Assembly (NCBI GenBank): GCA_026415985.1
Contig: JAOAGA010000002.1
Location: 261-58,887, forward strand
Length of the DNA stretch: 58,627 bases
From: Pseudomonadota bacterium
Lineage (GTDB): Bacteria; CALINM01
Direction of reading: 5' to 3'
The first letter of the stretch is position 1. Each line of letters begins with the position of its first letter. Position numbers and translations under genes: made by a program. The notes under the pieces are model-generated. The model was not told the DNA's origin and made no database searches. It saw only the letters and a program-made list of their open reading frames with translations. Of the stretch, positions 57,329 through 58,627 are shown piece after piece.

Positions 57329-58213
57329 ATGATTAGTTATCCATACTTTCCCGGTTGTGCCCTTAGCACCAAGGCAAAAGCACTCGATATATCTGCCAGA
57401 GAGACCATGAAAGCGTTAGGCTATGAATTGAAAGAAATTGAAGACTGGACCTGTTGCGGTGCAGTCTTTCCCCTGGCAGAGGATGAACATATAAGGCTTG
57501 TCTCTCCTATGAGATCTATTTTTAAAGCAGGTAAAGATTCTGATAAGCTCATAACTCTTTGTTCCGCATGTTTTAATGTTTTAAGGAGAACACAAAGGCT
57601 TGTTAAGGAAAATAAAGTAAGAAGAGATAGAGTTTTTAACTATATGGAAGAGGAAGTTCCTGAAAATTTCAACGATAATGTGAAGGTGGTTCATCTTATA
57701 GAGATAATCAGGGATGAGATTGGTTTTGATAAGCTATCCGAAAGAATAAAAAAACCACTTACCGATTTAAAGGTTGCCCCCTTTTATGATTGCCTGACCT
57801 ATCGCCCACCTAAAGAGATGGAGTTTGAAGACCCTGAAAACCCTAAGATTTACACAAATTTAATTACTGCATTAGGGGGGATTAGCATAGATTTTCCCTT
57901 TAGAAGCGAGTGTTGCGGAGCCCATCTGTCGGTAAGTGACAGGTCTGCCTCTCTTGATTGTTCCTATAGAATTTTAAACTCTGCAAGATTAGCGGGAGCA
58001 GAGGCACTTCTTACCTCCTGTCCTCTTTGTCATTATAACTTAGACGCAAGACAACAGGAGATGATTGATAGTAAGGTTGGTTTTAAACCAATACCGGTTT
58101 TTTATCTGACTCAGATTATAGGTCTTTCCCTTGGTTTGGATGTCGAGTCTTTAGGTTTTGAGAAAAATAAAGTTTCGCCTGTTAATTTATTGAAAGAAAA
58201 GGGTCTTTTGTAA
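57329..58213 (+). CDS. hdrB: Heterodisulfide reductase subunit B-like protein (two CCG domains)
   Basis: Two cysteine-rich CCG repeats (FPGC...WTCCGA...CSAC and ...CCGAHL...SCPLCHYN). Confidence 0.75.
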   Translation: MISYPYFPGCALSTKAKALDISARETMKALGYELKEIEDWTCCGAVFPLAEDEHIRLVSPMRSIFKAGKDSDKLITLCSACFNVLRRTQRLVKENKVRRDRVFNYMEEEVPENFNDNVKVVHLIEIIRDEIGFDKLSERIKKPLTDLKVAPFYDCLTYRPPKEMEFEDPENPKIYTNLITALGGISIDFPFRSECCGAHLSVSDRSASLDCSYRILNSARLAGAEALLTSCPLCHYNLDARQQEMIDSKVGFKPIPVFYLTQIIGLSLGLDVESLGFEKNKVSPVNLLKEKGLL

Positions 58214-58223
58214 GGAGTAAGGG

Positions 58224-58627
58224 ATGAAAAAGATTGGTTTATATATCTGTCATTGTGGTAGCAATATTGCGGGAGTAGTAAACATAGAGAAGGTTAAAAA
58301 CTACTTTTCAGGTGTTGAAGGAGTTGAGATATCAGACGATTATAAATATATGTGTTCTGAGCCCGGACAGAAGAAGTTGAGAGATGCCATTGTTGAGAAG
58401 GGGCTTAATGGTGTGGTTGTTGCCTGTTGTTCTCCAAGAATGCATGAGATTACCTTTAGAAACGCTGCCTTATCAGCAGGGCTAAATCCCTATCAGGTAG
58501 AAATAGCAAATATCAGGGAACAGTGTAGCTGGGTTCATCAAAAAGACAAAGAAAAGGCCACCGATAAGGCTATAGAGATAATAAAGGTTATGCTTGAAAA
58601 GGTAAAAAAGGATGAGCCCCTTGAGCC
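58224..58627 (+). CDS. hdrA: Heterodisulfide reductase subunit A-like flavoprotein, 5' part (truncated by window end)
   Basis: The ATG at 58224, behind AAGGAG, opens a frame that runs to the window edge. MKKIGLYICHCGSNIAG...VVACCSPRMHE... matches the N-terminal region of bacterial HdrA-type proteins as I recall it. Not in the ORF track because no stop is present. Confidence 0.7.
   Translation, partial: MKKIGLYICHCGSNIAGVVNIEKVKNYFSGVEGVEISDDYKYMCSEPGQKKLRDAIVEKGLNGVVVACCSPRMHEITFRNAALSAGLNPYQVEIANIREQCSWVHQKDKEKATDKAIEIIKVMLEKVKKDEPLE

Overview
This is a 58.6-kb, AT-rich and very gene-dense chromosomal segment. I call 55 CDS, 53 of them on the + strand, and many junctions have overlapping stop and start codons. 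I saw no rRNA, tRNA, CRISPR array, transposase, phage gene or IS-like repeat. All calls come from reading motifs in the supplied translations and DNA, with no database search.

Most of the window is housekeeping:
- aroA-cmk-ispH-rpsA-sppA
- mutS, an AMIN-domain amidase, glnD and xerD
- def-fmt-rpe
- yqeY-mutS2-dnaG-rpoD-hpf-rapZ
- a reductive-branch TCA block, mdh / two-subunit class I fumarase / frdCAB-type succinate:quinone oxidoreductase, followed by hdrCBA (hdrA is cut by the window end)

Gene content suggests a diderm anaerobe: an OMP beta-barrel, a LapB-like protein, lipoproteins, Hdr and polyferredoxins. The Lys/Glu/Ile-rich proteins and AGA/ATA-rich codon usage suggest a thermophile. 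The taxon is inference only.

The stand-out region is 25438-38617, an 11-gene, translationally coupled operon that I cannot assign to any characterised system. It contains:
- four paralogous exported proteins, each built from three carboxypeptidase-regulatory-like beta-sandwich modules (12 modules in total)
- three paralogous exported right-handed beta-helix proteins, one fused to a PQQ-like beta-propeller
- a polytopic membrane protein of about 790 aa with an embedded spermidine-synthase-like domain
- a half-size OpuAC-like binding protein
- a Tat-exported DUF362 protein
- a NapH/NosR-like membrane polyferredoxin

Just upstream of this operon sits a separately insulated FG-GAP/ASPIC propeller gene. 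It has a near-consensus promoter and the only clean intrinsic terminator I found in the window.

A second, smaller oddity is at 19932-23714: a Zn-ribbon/disordered/DUF3426 membrane protein, a classic-clade AAA+ protein with its catalytic residues substituted, an FmdE-like protein and a CSCG-motif permease.
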